Source: Acidobacteriota bacterium
GTDB taxonomy: Bacteria; Acidobacteriota; Polarisedimenticolia; Polarisedimenticolales; JBBIHH01
DNA length: 64,000 nt
Assembly (NCBI GenBank): GCA_037447115.1
Contig: JBBIHH010000007.1
Location: 17,188-81,187 of the forward strand
Direction: 5' to 3'
Part shown: positions 52,116 to 60,970 of the stretch, one piece after another
Numbering within the stretch: position 1 is the stretch's first letter
Layout: each line of letters starts with the position of its first letter
Notes under the pieces: generated by a model
The model's database searches: none
The model's input: only the letters and a program-made list of their open reading frames with translations
What the model was told of the DNA's origin: nothing
Translations under genes and position numbers: made by a program

Positions 52116-52550
52116 ATGAACGGGAACGGAGGTTGGCTCGTGCTCGTGGGGCGGATCCTGCTGTGCTCGATCTTCCTGATGAGCGGCGCGAACAAGATCT
52201 TCCGTTGGTCCAGCACCGCAGCCTACATGAAGTCGGAGGGGATGTTCGCTGTCCCGTTTTTCCTCCTGATGGCGATCCTGTTCGAGGTCGCGGGCGGGCT
52301 GATGGTGCTGCTCGGTTTCCGGGGCAAGCTGGGGGCGTGGTTGCTGATCGTGTTTTTGATTCCGACGACGCTGATCTTTCACGACTTCTGGACGTTGGAG
52401 GGACAGGAAGCGCAGATGCAGAGGATTCAGTTCATGAAGAACCTCGCGATCCTCGGGGGACTGTGCGTCGTGGCGGCCCACGGTAGCGGCCGCTACAGCC
52501 TCGACGCTCGCTCCACGGGTCCGCGCCGGGACGAGGCGCCGAGCCGTTGA
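52116..52550 (+). CDS. DoxX family membrane protein
   Basis: AGGAGGAGG SD. Four hydrophobic helices; LVGRILLCSIFLMSGANKI and FEVAGGLMVLLGF are typical DoxX patterns. Confidence 0.75.
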   Translation: MNGNGGWLVLVGRILLCSIFLMSGANKIFRWSSTAAYMKSEGMFAVPFFLLMAILFEVAGGLMVLLGFRGKLGAWLLIVFLIPTTLIFHDFWTLEGQEAQMQRIQFMKNLAILGGLCVVAAHGSGRYSLDARSTGPRRDEAPSR

Positions 52551-52733
52551 CCGTTCCGGAGCGAAGGGTACGAGCCGCGCACCCCGTAGCACAGCCACGA
52601 TCCACCGGCCCAGCTCTACCTCGGCCGGCGCGAGGGATGGGGGCGACGGCCCACGGGGTCGTCGAGCGGCGGCGGCGCAGCCTGCCCGCAGGAGCGGGTG
52701 GATGGGGTCCGCGGTGCGCACGGCCGACCCGTG

Positions 52734-53696
52734 TCAGGCGCCGCGGAGCTCGCGGATCGTCTGGATGAAGGTCGACCAGGCCCGTTCGGGCCGCTCGCAG
52801 GCCAGAGCGGACATGGCGGCGCAGGCTTCGAACCCCCAGAAGGCGATGACCTCGATGGCCTGCGCCGCCGCGGCGCGCATACCTCGGGCGATGTCCTCCT
52901 CTCGGCCCGCGGGAATCCGGAAACCTTGGATCCACACGTGCCCGCTCGTGCCGGCGCCCGCCGCGACCTCGGCGACTTCGGCGGCGTAGACCCCGACACA
53001 GGCCTCAGGTGCCTCGCCGCGCAGCGCCCAGAAGGGCGTCGTGCCGAAGCTCGCGAGGCGGGGCGCCCGCGCGCAGGCACGCCACGCGGCGCGGCGCAGG
53101 GGGTCGCCATCGTGCGGGAGCGGACAGACCGCGTTGCGCCCGCCCCGCCGGGCCACCTCGCCGCAGGCCCAGTGAACGAAGGCGAGCACCGCCGCGGCTG
53201 CGGCTGTCGCGTCGGGCTCCAGGGCGCGGCCCGCCTCGGCCGCTTGCTTGCAATGTTCGCAGGCACAAGCCCGGGCCCCCGCGCGAGGCTCGCCGAAGAA
53301 ATGCGGCTCGTCCCAGAACACGGAATCCGCCCCGCTGGCGAGGGCGAACTCGATCCATTCCACCAGGTAGCGCCGGAAGCCGGGGTGGCTGGGGCAGCAG
53401 GCCGGCAGGCGCGCGCCGTCCTGGTCGAGCTGGCACCACTCGGGGTGCTCGAGGGCGACGGCCGTTTCGGCCTCGCCTCCGAAGACCCCTCCCACGCCCC
53501 ACGGATCGAGCCACACCTCGAGGCCGGCGTCCCGGCTGACCTCCACGATGTTCCGCAACGTCCCGCCGTAGTAGCGAAAATCGTTCTCGCTCGCCGCGTG
53601 CACGACGAGGTCGAAGCCCGCCCCGCGCAGCGCCCGCATGTCCTCCCGCACGTGCCGCAGGATCCGGTTGCCGAAGTAGCTCACGGCGAATCGCAC
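52734..53696 (-). CDS. Cys-rich glycoside-hydrolase-like TIM-barrel protein (function unknown)
   Basis: GTG start at 53696. The pattern ...RALRGAGFDLVVH...LEVWLDPW...CCPSHPGFRRYLVEWIEF...VFWDEPHF resembles GH42/GH-like (beta/alpha)8 barrels, but the usual NE catalytic pair is not evident. Confidence 0.45.
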   Translation of the reverse strand: MRFAVSYFGNRILRHVREDMRALRGAGFDLVVHAASENDFRYYGGTLRNIVEVSRDAGLEVWLDPWGVGGVFGGEAETAVALEHPEWCQLDQDGARLPACCPSHPGFRRYLVEWIEFALASGADSVFWDEPHFFGEPRAGARACACEHCKQAAEAGRALEPDATAAAAAVLAFVHWACGEVARRGGRNAVCPLPHDGDPLRRAAWRACARAPRLASFGTTPFWALRGEAPEACVGVYAAEVAEVAAGAGTSGHVWIQGFRIPAGREEDIARGMRAAAAQAIEVIAFWGFEACAAMSALACERPERAWSTFIQTIRELRGA

Positions 53697-53807
53697 GCGA
53701 GCCCCCCTGCGGTCCTCGCTATGCCGCCGACCCGAGGCGCGCCCCGCGTTCGAGCGCGAGTTTGCCGAACGCGATGGGTCGGCTCGGCGTGCCGTCGCGA
53801 CCGCGTC

Positions 53808-54557
53808 TCATCGCCGGCCAAGCTCGGACCAGCCGGCGAAGACCTCGTGCAGGGCCGCTTCCACGGCGTCCACCACGCGGCGGAAGAATTCGCGTGCCTT
53901 GGCTTCGTCGAGCACGGGAGCACCCTCGCCGGCTTGCTCTTCTCGGTCGAGGATGATGCTCGCGGGAAACGGCCGGGCTTGGATTCCCGGTCGCCGCGGC
54001 AGCCGCCGGGCGGTGCGCACGCGCTCGTCCCGCACGAGTTCCGGCGCCACGGCGAGCACCATCGCGGTCTCTTCCACCCCGGCGTGCCCGCTCGCCACCT
54101 CGCCGTAGAGCTCGCGGCTGATGTCGGCGGCGAGGCCCCACCACTCCACCGCCACGGAAAACACCCGCTTCGCCTCCCACAGGCGGTGCACGACGCGGTG
54201 CACTTCCCGGGTCTGCCCCCCGTGCCCGTTGAGCAGCACGATCCTCCCGAAACCGGCGTCGGCGAGCCCTGCCGCCGCCTCGAACAGGTAGGCCTCGAAC
54301 GTCTCCGCCGAGACGGTCGTCGAACCCGGATAAGGCAAGAGAGTGTTCGTCACGCCGTACGGCACCGGGGGTGCAATCAGCCCGTCGAACCGGGGCGCCA
54401 AGTGCCGCGCCATCGCTGCCGGAATCAAATTGTCGGTCCCCAGGGGAATCGCCCCGTGGGCTTCGATCGTTCCCACGGGCACGAAAACGAGATCCGTCTT
54501 TGCCGGCACCCGGTCTCGAAAGCTCAGCCACGAAAGCTCGCTCAGCTCGTAGCTCAT
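53808..54557 (-). CDS. Creatininase-family amidohydrolase
   Basis: ORF 53808..55646 trimmed to ATG 54557 (MSYELSELSW), with an ATGA overlap with the lnt stop. VPVGTIEAHGAIPLGTDN, LLNGHGGQ, HAGVEETAM. Confidence 0.75.
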   Translation of the reverse strand: MSYELSELSWLSFRDRVPAKTDLVFVPVGTIEAHGAIPLGTDNLIPAAMARHLAPRFDGLIAPPVPYGVTNTLLPYPGSTTVSAETFEAYLFEAAAGLADAGFGRIVLLNGHGGQTREVHRVVHRLWEAKRVFSVAVEWWGLAADISRELYGEVASGHAGVEETAMVLAVAPELVRDERVRTARRLPRRPGIQARPFPASIILDREEQAGEGAPVLDEAKAREFFRRVVDAVEAALHEVFAGWSELGRR

Positions 54558-56173
54558 GCTCCTTCCTCTCCGCGTCGACTGGACGCGATCGAGGCCACAC
54601 CGAGCAGCACTATGGCGAGCCACGCCACGAGATCGCCGGTCCGATCGTAGACGGTGAGGTGGTCTGTCAGCGGGACCTCGCGCACGACCACCGCTTCCTG
54701 GAACAGCGGCGTCCAGCCCTCGTAGCGGCCGAGGGGATCCACGAAGCCCGAGATCCCGGTGTTGGCGACGCGCACGATCGCCGTACGGTTCTCGATGGCG
54801 CGCAGGCGCAAGGCGTGCGCCAGGTAAGGTTGGAACACCGTGCGACCGAACCAGGCGTCGTTCGTGATCACCGCCTGGAACTGGGCACCCTCCCGGCGCA
54901 GCCGCCGCGCGAGGTCCCAGTAAAGCTCCTCGTAACACACCAGGACCCCCACGCGCGAGCCCGCCGCGGACAGCACGACCGGCGCCGGCGGTGGGGTGAA
55001 CCCACCGGCGAGCCAGCGCAGCCGCTCCCCTTCCTTTCCCCCGAGCCACCGCCCCAGGACGGGCTCGAAGGGAACTTTCTCGGTGAAGGGCACGAGATAG
55101 ACCTTGGCCGTCCATACGGGTGCGAGCCCCTCCTCCGGTGTCACCACCACCGCGGCATTGTAGAGGTCGTAGTCGCGCGTGCCGCGGACACGAGCGTACT
55201 CCACGCCGGCGAGAATGGGGACGCCGATCTCCCGCGCCAGGGCTTCCACCTCCGGCAGCCGGTAGGTCTCGGGGCGGTCCAGCCAGTGCCGCAGCACCCC
55301 GGGATATGCGGTTTCGGGCCACACGATCACATCCGGGCGCTCGAGTGCCGCCTGCCGTGTCGTGCGTACCAGCACCGCCCACTGCTCGGCGTTCGTCGCG
55401 GGGTCGAGCTTGGTCAGCAGCGGGACATTGGGCTGCACGAGCGCCACGCGCAGCTGCCCCTGGCTCTGGGGCGGGTGCGTCCAGGCCCAGCCAGCGTAGG
55501 CCAGCACGCTGCCCAGCACCCACGCCAGAGCGCAGGCCGGAGTCCGCCAGCTGCGGTCCTTGCGCCGCCGCCAGACCTCGTACGCGAGCCCGTTCACCGC
55601 CAGCATGAACGCCCCGACGCCGTAAGGACCCACGACATCGGCGCATTGCACGAGAAACGGGTAGCGCGCCAGGGAATGGGCCACGTGATCGGCGGTCATG
55701 CGCAGATCACCCCACGTGCGCAGCCACTCGAAGGGCAGCCAGGTGGCGGGCAGCAGCAATCCGAAGCTCCAGCCCGTGCGCCGGCGCAGCCAGCCCAGCC
55801 AAGCCAGCGACACGGCGGCGCACACGGAGAACAGAGCGGCGAGAAGCGCGTACATCGCGATGGCGAGCCAGGAAACCCACACCATCGCGAAGACCCAGTG
55901 CAGGATCGTGCCGTACAGGGCGAGGGCGAAAGCGAATCCCGCGCGCAGCCGCTCGCGGGCACGCGCCCTCGGGTTGGCGTCCAACCAGTGCAGCATCGGC
56001 AAAAAGCCGAGGAGATTGGGCAGCAACAGACCCCAGGGAAAGTAACCCTGGGCGCACACGAACCCGCCGAGCGCGGGAAGCCGCCACGGGCTACGTTGCC
56101 AGTCGGCCGGCCCGGGGACCGGAGCCGCGCTGGGTGCCGCGGCCCCGGGCCTGGCGCTCCGCGCCGCCATCAT
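54554..56173 (-). CDS. lnt: Apolipoprotein N-acyltransferase
   Basis: ORF 54554..57232 trimmed to ATG 56173. It has an N-terminal polytopic membrane domain and a C-N hydrolase domain with VIVWPETA (Glu), KVYLVPFTEKVPF (Lys) and VLVCYEELY (Cys). There is an ATGA overlap with the KAS stop. Confidence 0.85.
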   Translation of the reverse strand: MMAARSARPGAAAPSAAPVPGPADWQRSPWRLPALGGFVCAQGYFPWGLLLPNLLGFLPMLHWLDANPRARARERLRAGFAFALALYGTILHWVFAMVWVSWLAIAMYALLAALFSVCAAVSLAWLGWLRRRTGWSFGLLLPATWLPFEWLRTWGDLRMTADHVAHSLARYPFLVQCADVVGPYGVGAFMLAVNGLAYEVWRRRKDRSWRTPACALAWVLGSVLAYAGWAWTHPPQSQGQLRVALVQPNVPLLTKLDPATNAEQWAVLVRTTRQAALERPDVIVWPETAYPGVLRHWLDRPETYRLPEVEALAREIGVPILAGVEYARVRGTRDYDLYNAAVVVTPEEGLAPVWTAKVYLVPFTEKVPFEPVLGRWLGGKEGERLRWLAGGFTPPPAPVVLSAAGSRVGVLVCYEELYWDLARRLRREGAQFQAVITNDAWFGRTVFQPYLAHALRLRAIENRTAIVRVANTGISGFVDPLGRYEGWTPLFQEAVVVREVPLTDHLTVYDRTGDLVAWLAIVLLGVASIASSRRGEEGA

Positions 56174-57459
56174 GCGGGGGTGAGCACGAGACAGGCGTTG
56201 TGCCCACCGAACCCGTAGGAGAACTTGAGGGACACGGCCGGCCGCGCCTCGAGCGGCCGGTTGGCGACGAGATTCACGTCGCACTCGGGATCGGGGAACT
56301 CGTAGTTGATCGTGGGCGTGAGGATGCCGTGGCGCAGCGAGAGCACGAGCGCGGCGGTCTCCAGCGCCCCCGAAGCACCGATGGCGTGGCCCGTCATGGA
56401 CTTGAGAGCCGTGACGCTGACTTCCGAAAAACGCCGGCCCAGCAGTTTCTTGAAAGCCAGCGTCTCCGTCTTGTCGTTCAAGATGGTGGACGTGCCGTGG
56501 GCGTTGATGTGCTCCACGTCTTCGACGGAGAGGCCCGCCGCGCGCAGCGCGTGCCGGGCGAGGGCGACGATCGTCTCCCCCGTCTCGTCGAGTTGCATCA
56601 TCGAGCCCGCATCGCAGTTGGACGCGTAACCGACCAGCGCGGCATACGGTCGCGCACCGCGCGCTCGCGCGTGGCTCTCCCGCTCGAGAACGAGCACCGC
56701 CGCACCCTCGCCGAGGACGAACCCGTCGCGTTCGCGGTCGAAGGGGCGGCTGGCCCGCTGGGGGTCGTCGTTCCGGGTGGACATCGTGCGCAGCCGGTCG
56801 AAGCCCATCAGCCCGTAGGCGTCGGCGTCTTCGGCGAAACCCTCGGTGCCACCGGCGAGGACGACGTCGGCCTCGCCGTCCCGCAACAGACGCCACCCGT
56901 CGCCGATGGCCATCGTCCCCGCGGCGCACGCCGTGCAGATGGCTTTGCATTCGCCCTGAGCACCGAAACGGATCGCCACCTGTCCGGCCGGCGCATTGGG
57001 AATGAGCATCGGCAAGGCGTAGCGCTTGACTTTGGCCTTGGAGCGGGTCTCGCGCCATGCCGCGTGGGAGACTTCCATCGTCGCCAGCCCCCCGATCCCG
57101 GAACCGACGATCGTGGCCAAACGCCGCCGATCGCAGCCGTCCACGAGCAGTTGATCCCGCTCGTGGGGACTGGGCACGAGCGAAAAGCCCGCGTCCTCGA
57201 GGGCCTCGTGCGCCGCTGCCAGGACGAACCAACTCGTCCGGTCGAGCAGGCTCACGAGCCGGGAGGGGATCCCGGAGGCCACCGGATCGAACGCGCGCAC
57301 CGGGCAGGCGATCTTCGTGGCCAGGTCGCTCTCGGCGACCCAGGAAGAGTCCAGCCGCACCGCTCCCGATCTCCCCTCGAGGCAGCCCCGCCAGAACCCC
57401 TCGCGGTCGTGCCCAATGGGGCTGACGACACCGACTCCCGTGATCACGACCCGTTCCAC
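56170..57459 (-). CDS. Beta-ketoacyl-ACP synthase I/II-like condensing enzyme (FabF-like, orphan context)
   Basis: GTG start at 57459. VVITGVGVVSPIG, active-site Cys in CTACAAGT, and His-His in INAHGTST and KSMTGHAIGASG. No acpP or fab neighbours. Confidence 0.8.
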   Translation of the reverse strand: MERVVITGVGVVSPIGHDREGFWRGCLEGRSGAVRLDSSWVAESDLATKIACPVRAFDPVASGIPSRLVSLLDRTSWFVLAAAHEALEDAGFSLVPSPHERDQLLVDGCDRRRLATIVGSGIGGLATMEVSHAAWRETRSKAKVKRYALPMLIPNAPAGQVAIRFGAQGECKAICTACAAGTMAIGDGWRLLRDGEADVVLAGGTEGFAEDADAYGLMGFDRLRTMSTRNDDPQRASRPFDRERDGFVLGEGAAVLVLERESHARARGARPYAALVGYASNCDAGSMMQLDETGETIVALARHALRAAGLSVEDVEHINAHGTSTILNDKTETLAFKKLLGRRFSEVSVTALKSMTGHAIGASGALETAALVLSLRHGILTPTINYEFPDPECDVNLVANRPLEARPAVSLKFSYGFGGHNACLVLTPA

Positions 57460-57533
57460 TGTCGTGCCCCTCGTCGTCGTGGCCGCGTCCCTATGTCCGC
57501 ATGGAATAAAGACTTCGATGCTATCATGGGGTG

Positions 57534-58109
57534 ATGGGCGGATCCAGCGTGGAGATCGAGGTCAAGCTGCGCTTGCCTTCCGCGGACCATGCGCGACGGC
57601 GCCTCGCGGCACTCGGCGCCCGCGAGATGCGTCGGCGCGTCTTCGAGGACAACCTCGTCTACGATCTGCCCTCCGGAACCCTGGAACGGGAAGGCCGCCT
57701 CCTGCGCCTGCGACGCGCCGGCAACGATGCGTGGCTGACCTACAAGGAGCCCGCTCACGACGACCTCCGGCACAAGGTGCGACGGGAATTCGAGACTCCG
57801 ATCGCGGATCCGGTGGCCCTCGAACGCATCCTGGCAGCGCTCGGATTCCACGTCACCTACCGCTACCAGAAGTATCGCACCGTTTACCGGCTCGAGGACT
57901 TGGAGCTCGCCGTGGACGAAACGCCCCTCGGCTGCTTCCTCGAGCTCGAGGGCACGCCCGCGGCGATCGAGCGAGCCGCACGCGCCCTCGGCTTCGCGGA
58001 GGGCGACTACATCCGCGAAACCTACCGCGACCTGCACCGGACGGCGATCGCGCAGGGCACCGCCTCGCCCGGCGATCTCGTCTTTCCCCCGGATGGGCGC
58101 CCCGTCTGA
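57534..58109 (+). CDS. CYTH-domain protein (class IV adenylate cyclase / triphosphatase family)
   Basis: ExExK signature VEIEVKL at the N-terminus, LRLRR...LTYK and FLELE. The start is ATG 57534 or GTG 57531. Confidence 0.75.
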   Translation: MGGSSVEIEVKLRLPSADHARRRLAALGAREMRRRVFEDNLVYDLPSGTLEREGRLLRLRRAGNDAWLTYKEPAHDDLRHKVRREFETPIADPVALERILAALGFHVTYRYQKYRTVYRLEDLELAVDETPLGCFLELEGTPAAIERAARALGFAEGDYIRETYRDLHRTAIAQGTASPGDLVFPPDGRPV

Positions 58110-58145
58110 GCCACCGCGCGCCATGGCGTATCCCGAGGGTCGCCC

Positions 58146-59219
58146 ATGAGGGCCATGCTCCTCAGCGCCGGCCGTGGCGAGCGCATGGGGCCGCTCACGT
58201 GGACCACGCCGAAGCCGCTGCTGCCCGTTCTGGGCCGACCCTTGGCCGCGCTCGTCCTGGAACGCCTCGCCGCAGCCGGGATCCGGCACGTGGTGGCGAA
58301 CCTGCACCATCGGGCCCGCGAGCTGGAGCACGCTCTCGCCGCCGCCGCCCCGGAGCATCTGCGGCTCGGCTTTTCCTACGAGCCCACGTTGCAGGGCACC
58401 GCAGGAGCGCTGCGCCATGCGGCGGCGCAGCTGCGCGGAGCGGAAACGCTGCTCGTCGTCAACGCGGACAGCCTGGCCGACATCCGCCTGGCCGAGGTCC
58501 GCCGCGCGCACGAGGCTTCGGGAGCTCGGGTCACCCTCGTGCTCGCGGCGCACCGCCCGGGCGACACGCCCGTGTGGGTCGGCCCCCAGCGGAGGATCGT
58601 CGCATTCGGCGCCCTGCCTCGGTCCGGGCCGGACGGCCTCGCCGGACCTTACAGTTTCACCGGCTGGCAGCTTTTCGACGCGGCGCTGTTGGAGTGCATC
58701 GGCGAGGGGCCGCGCGACCTAGTACGCGACCTCTACACGCCGCTGCTCGGCGAAAGTCGTGTGGCGGCGTGGATCCACGAGGGTTACTGGTGGGAATTCG
58801 GCACCCCGGAACGCTACCTTCGGGGTCAGCTGGAGTTGCTCGCCATGACCGCCGACGCGCGAGCGCGCATCGTTCCGGGCGTGCGGTGCCGGGAGCAAGG
58901 GGGCGCGGTCGTCTGCCTCGGCGAGCGCGTCCGCTGCCCCGGGGCGAAGCTCGCAGGCGGTGTCGTTCTCGGCGATGGCGCGCAAGTGGAAACGGGCAGT
59001 GAGCTGGAGGACGCGGTCGTGCTCCCGCACGCTCGCATCGGGAGAGGGTGCCGGCTGCGAAGGGCGATCGTGGGGGCGGGGACCGAACTGGCCGACGGCC
59101 TCCTCGCCGAGGAAACCATCGTCGCGCACGCGCCTTCCGGGACCGCGGCGCTGGCGGATCCTCGCACGATCCTGCGGCAAGGCCTGCTCTGGCGTCCCCT
59201 GGAAGAGGCGACGCCATGA
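58146..59219 (+). CDS. Sugar-1-phosphate nucleotidyltransferase with C-terminal left-handed beta-helix
   Basis: MLLSAGRGERMGPLTWTTPKPLLPV (GxGxR pyrophosphorylase loop), EPTLQGTAGAL, and a C-terminal hexapeptide-like segment. The specificity is unknown. Confidence 0.75.
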   Translation: MRAMLLSAGRGERMGPLTWTTPKPLLPVLGRPLAALVLERLAAAGIRHVVANLHHRARELEHALAAAAPEHLRLGFSYEPTLQGTAGALRHAAAQLRGAETLLVVNADSLADIRLAEVRRAHEASGARVTLVLAAHRPGDTPVWVGPQRRIVAFGALPRSGPDGLAGPYSFTGWQLFDAALLECIGEGPRDLVRDLYTPLLGESRVAAWIHEGYWWEFGTPERYLRGQLELLAMTADARARIVPGVRCREQGGAVVCLGERVRCPGAKLAGGVVLGDGAQVETGSELEDAVVLPHARIGRGCRLRRAIVGAGTELADGLLAEETIVAHAPSGTAALADPRTILRQGLLWRPLEEATP

Positions 59220-60232
59220 GCCGTGCGTTGCGCCCGGCGCTGCGCCCGCTGCTCGAGCGTGCCTTCCCCGGCGCGAGGGTGGAGGTCGTGCCGGGCGATG
59301 CCTCCACACGGGCCTTTTTCCGCCTGCGCCTGCCCGCGGGGCAGTCCCGCATTCTGATGGATTACGGCAAACCGTTCACCGGGGACACGGACGACATCCG
59401 CCTGGCTCGGCTTTTCCGCAGCGCGGGTCTTCCCGTGGCGCGCGTGCTCGACGCCTGGCCCGAGGCCGGCTGCCTGATTTTGGAGGATCTTGGCGAATTG
59501 ACCCTCGAGCGGGCCCTGCTCCAACTCGATTCCCGCGATCCCGCGGCAGGCCGCCTCCGCCAGACGCTTTACACCCAGGCCGTGACGCTCGCCGCGGCGC
59601 TCGCCACACAGGGCACGGCGGCGCTGGCGCGGTCGCCCTGCGCCGGCGGTCCGGCGCTGGACGCGGCGCGCTTGCGGTTCGAGATGGATTTTTTCCTGCG
59701 CCACTGGGCCGGCGACCTCCACGGACGCAGGCCGCCCGACAGCGTCCGCGGGGTGCTGTACGCCCTCGCGGACGCCGCCGCGCGCACGCCGAAGCGCGTC
59801 CTGTGCCACAGGGATCTGCACGCCCGCAACCTGATCCTTCGCCCCGACGGTTCGCTCGCCATGGTGGACATCCAGGACGCTCGCTGGGGCCCGGACACCT
59901 ACGACATCGCCTCCCTGCTGCGGGACGCATACGTGGAGCTCGAGGAGGGCGAAGTGGAACTCTTTTTTTCCCTTTACCTGGAGCGCTTGGGGCAGGCCGC
60001 GGACGCGGCCATCCGTGAGCGCTTTGCGGTCGTCGGAACGCAGCGCATGATCAAGGCCCTCGGCACCTTCGGCTACCAGATGGCGGTCCTGGGACGTCTG
60101 CGTTATGCGGACGCCGCCGTACGCACCGTGCGCAGGCTGCGGGCGCTCGGTGCGGGCCCTCCGGTGGCGCAAGAAGCGGTGCGCGCCCTCGCCGCCGTTG
60201 GACTGCTGGAGGAGCCTGCCGGCGGCGGCTAG
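59216..60232 (+). CDS. Aminoglycoside-phosphotransferase-fold kinase (AmgK-like sugar kinase candidate)
   Basis: ATG 59216 overlaps the upstream stop (ATGA). Catalytic loop CHRDLHARNLIL and metal-binding VDIQDARWGP. The substrate is not determinable from sequence alone. Confidence 0.65.
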   Translation: MSRALRPALRPLLERAFPGARVEVVPGDASTRAFFRLRLPAGQSRILMDYGKPFTGDTDDIRLARLFRSAGLPVARVLDAWPEAGCLILEDLGELTLERALLQLDSRDPAAGRLRQTLYTQAVTLAAALATQGTAALARSPCAGGPALDAARLRFEMDFFLRHWAGDLHGRRPPDSVRGVLYALADAAARTPKRVLCHRDLHARNLILRPDGSLAMVDIQDARWGPDTYDIASLLRDAYVELEEGEVELFFSLYLERLGQAADAAIRERFAVVGTQRMIKALGTFGYQMAVLGRLRYADAAVRTVRRLRALGAGPPVAQEAVRALAAVGLLEEPAGGG

Positions 60233-60368
60233 GCCACAAACCGGATCGAAGTTCTCCCCTCCTCGCTCGTCCCGGGGCGATCGAGCAGTTATAGTGGAAC
60301 TGCCCGGCGCGGGCGCCGGGTAGCTTGGGTGTCGCGAGGCGCGTGCCGGCGGCGCAAGAGGTGAGACG

Positions 60369-60944
60369 ATGAAGCGATGGGCATTCCTCCTGGCGGTGGC
60401 CACGGGTTCGATGTTGTGGGGTGTTTCGGCGGGTTCCGCGGGGGAGCACGCCTACGTCGGGAGCAAGAACTGCAAGAAATGCCACCTGCAGCAGCACAAG
60501 TCCTGGTCCGAGACCAAGATGGCTCAGGCCTTCGAACTACTGAAGCCAGGCGTGGCCGCCGAGGCCAAGCAGAAGGCAGGTTTCGATCCGGGCAAGGACT
60601 ACACCAGGGACGCGCAGTGCCTTCCGTGCCACACGACCGGCTACGGCAAGCCCGGTGGCTTCGTGGATATCGAAACCACGCCCGACCTCGCGGGCATCGG
60701 TTGCGAGGAGTGCCACGGCCCCGGGGGCACGTACACCCAGGAAGGCTACATGACGCTCAAGAACAAGGAGTACAAGAAGGCCGACCTCGTCGCCGTGGGG
60801 CTCGTGGACACCGTCTCGGCGAAACAGTGCCTCCACTGCCATGACAAGGAGAAAAACCCCTTCGCCCCCGCCGAGCCCTTCGACTTCGAGAAGATGAAAG
60901 AGAAAGATTTGCACCAGCGATATCCGCTGAAGTACAAGCACTGA
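60369..60944 (+). CDS. Periplasmic tetrahaem cytochrome c (cytochrome c554-like family)
   Basis: Signal peptide, then four CXXCH motifs: CKKCH, CLPCH, CEECH and CLHCH. YVGSKNCKKCHLQQHKSW is typical of the c554-type family. Confidence 0.8.
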   Translation: MKRWAFLLAVATGSMLWGVSAGSAGEHAYVGSKNCKKCHLQQHKSWSETKMAQAFELLKPGVAAEAKQKAGFDPGKDYTRDAQCLPCHTTGYGKPGGFVDIETTPDLAGIGCEECHGPGGTYTQEGYMTLKNKEYKKADLVAVGLVDTVSAKQCLHCHDKEKNPFAPAEPFDFEKMKEKDLHQRYPLKYKH

Positions 60945-60970
60945 CCGCCGCTTCGGCCCCTGCCCGACGC

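Noticed and set aside
60303-60320. An inverted repeat CCCGGCGC-gg-GCGCCGGG lies between the kinase gene and the tetrahaem cytochrome gene and could be a terminator.
   Set aside because: The loop would be only 2 nt, there is no U-tract, and it lies 70 nt after the stop codon. I cannot distinguish it from the frequent short GC palindromes in this DNA.
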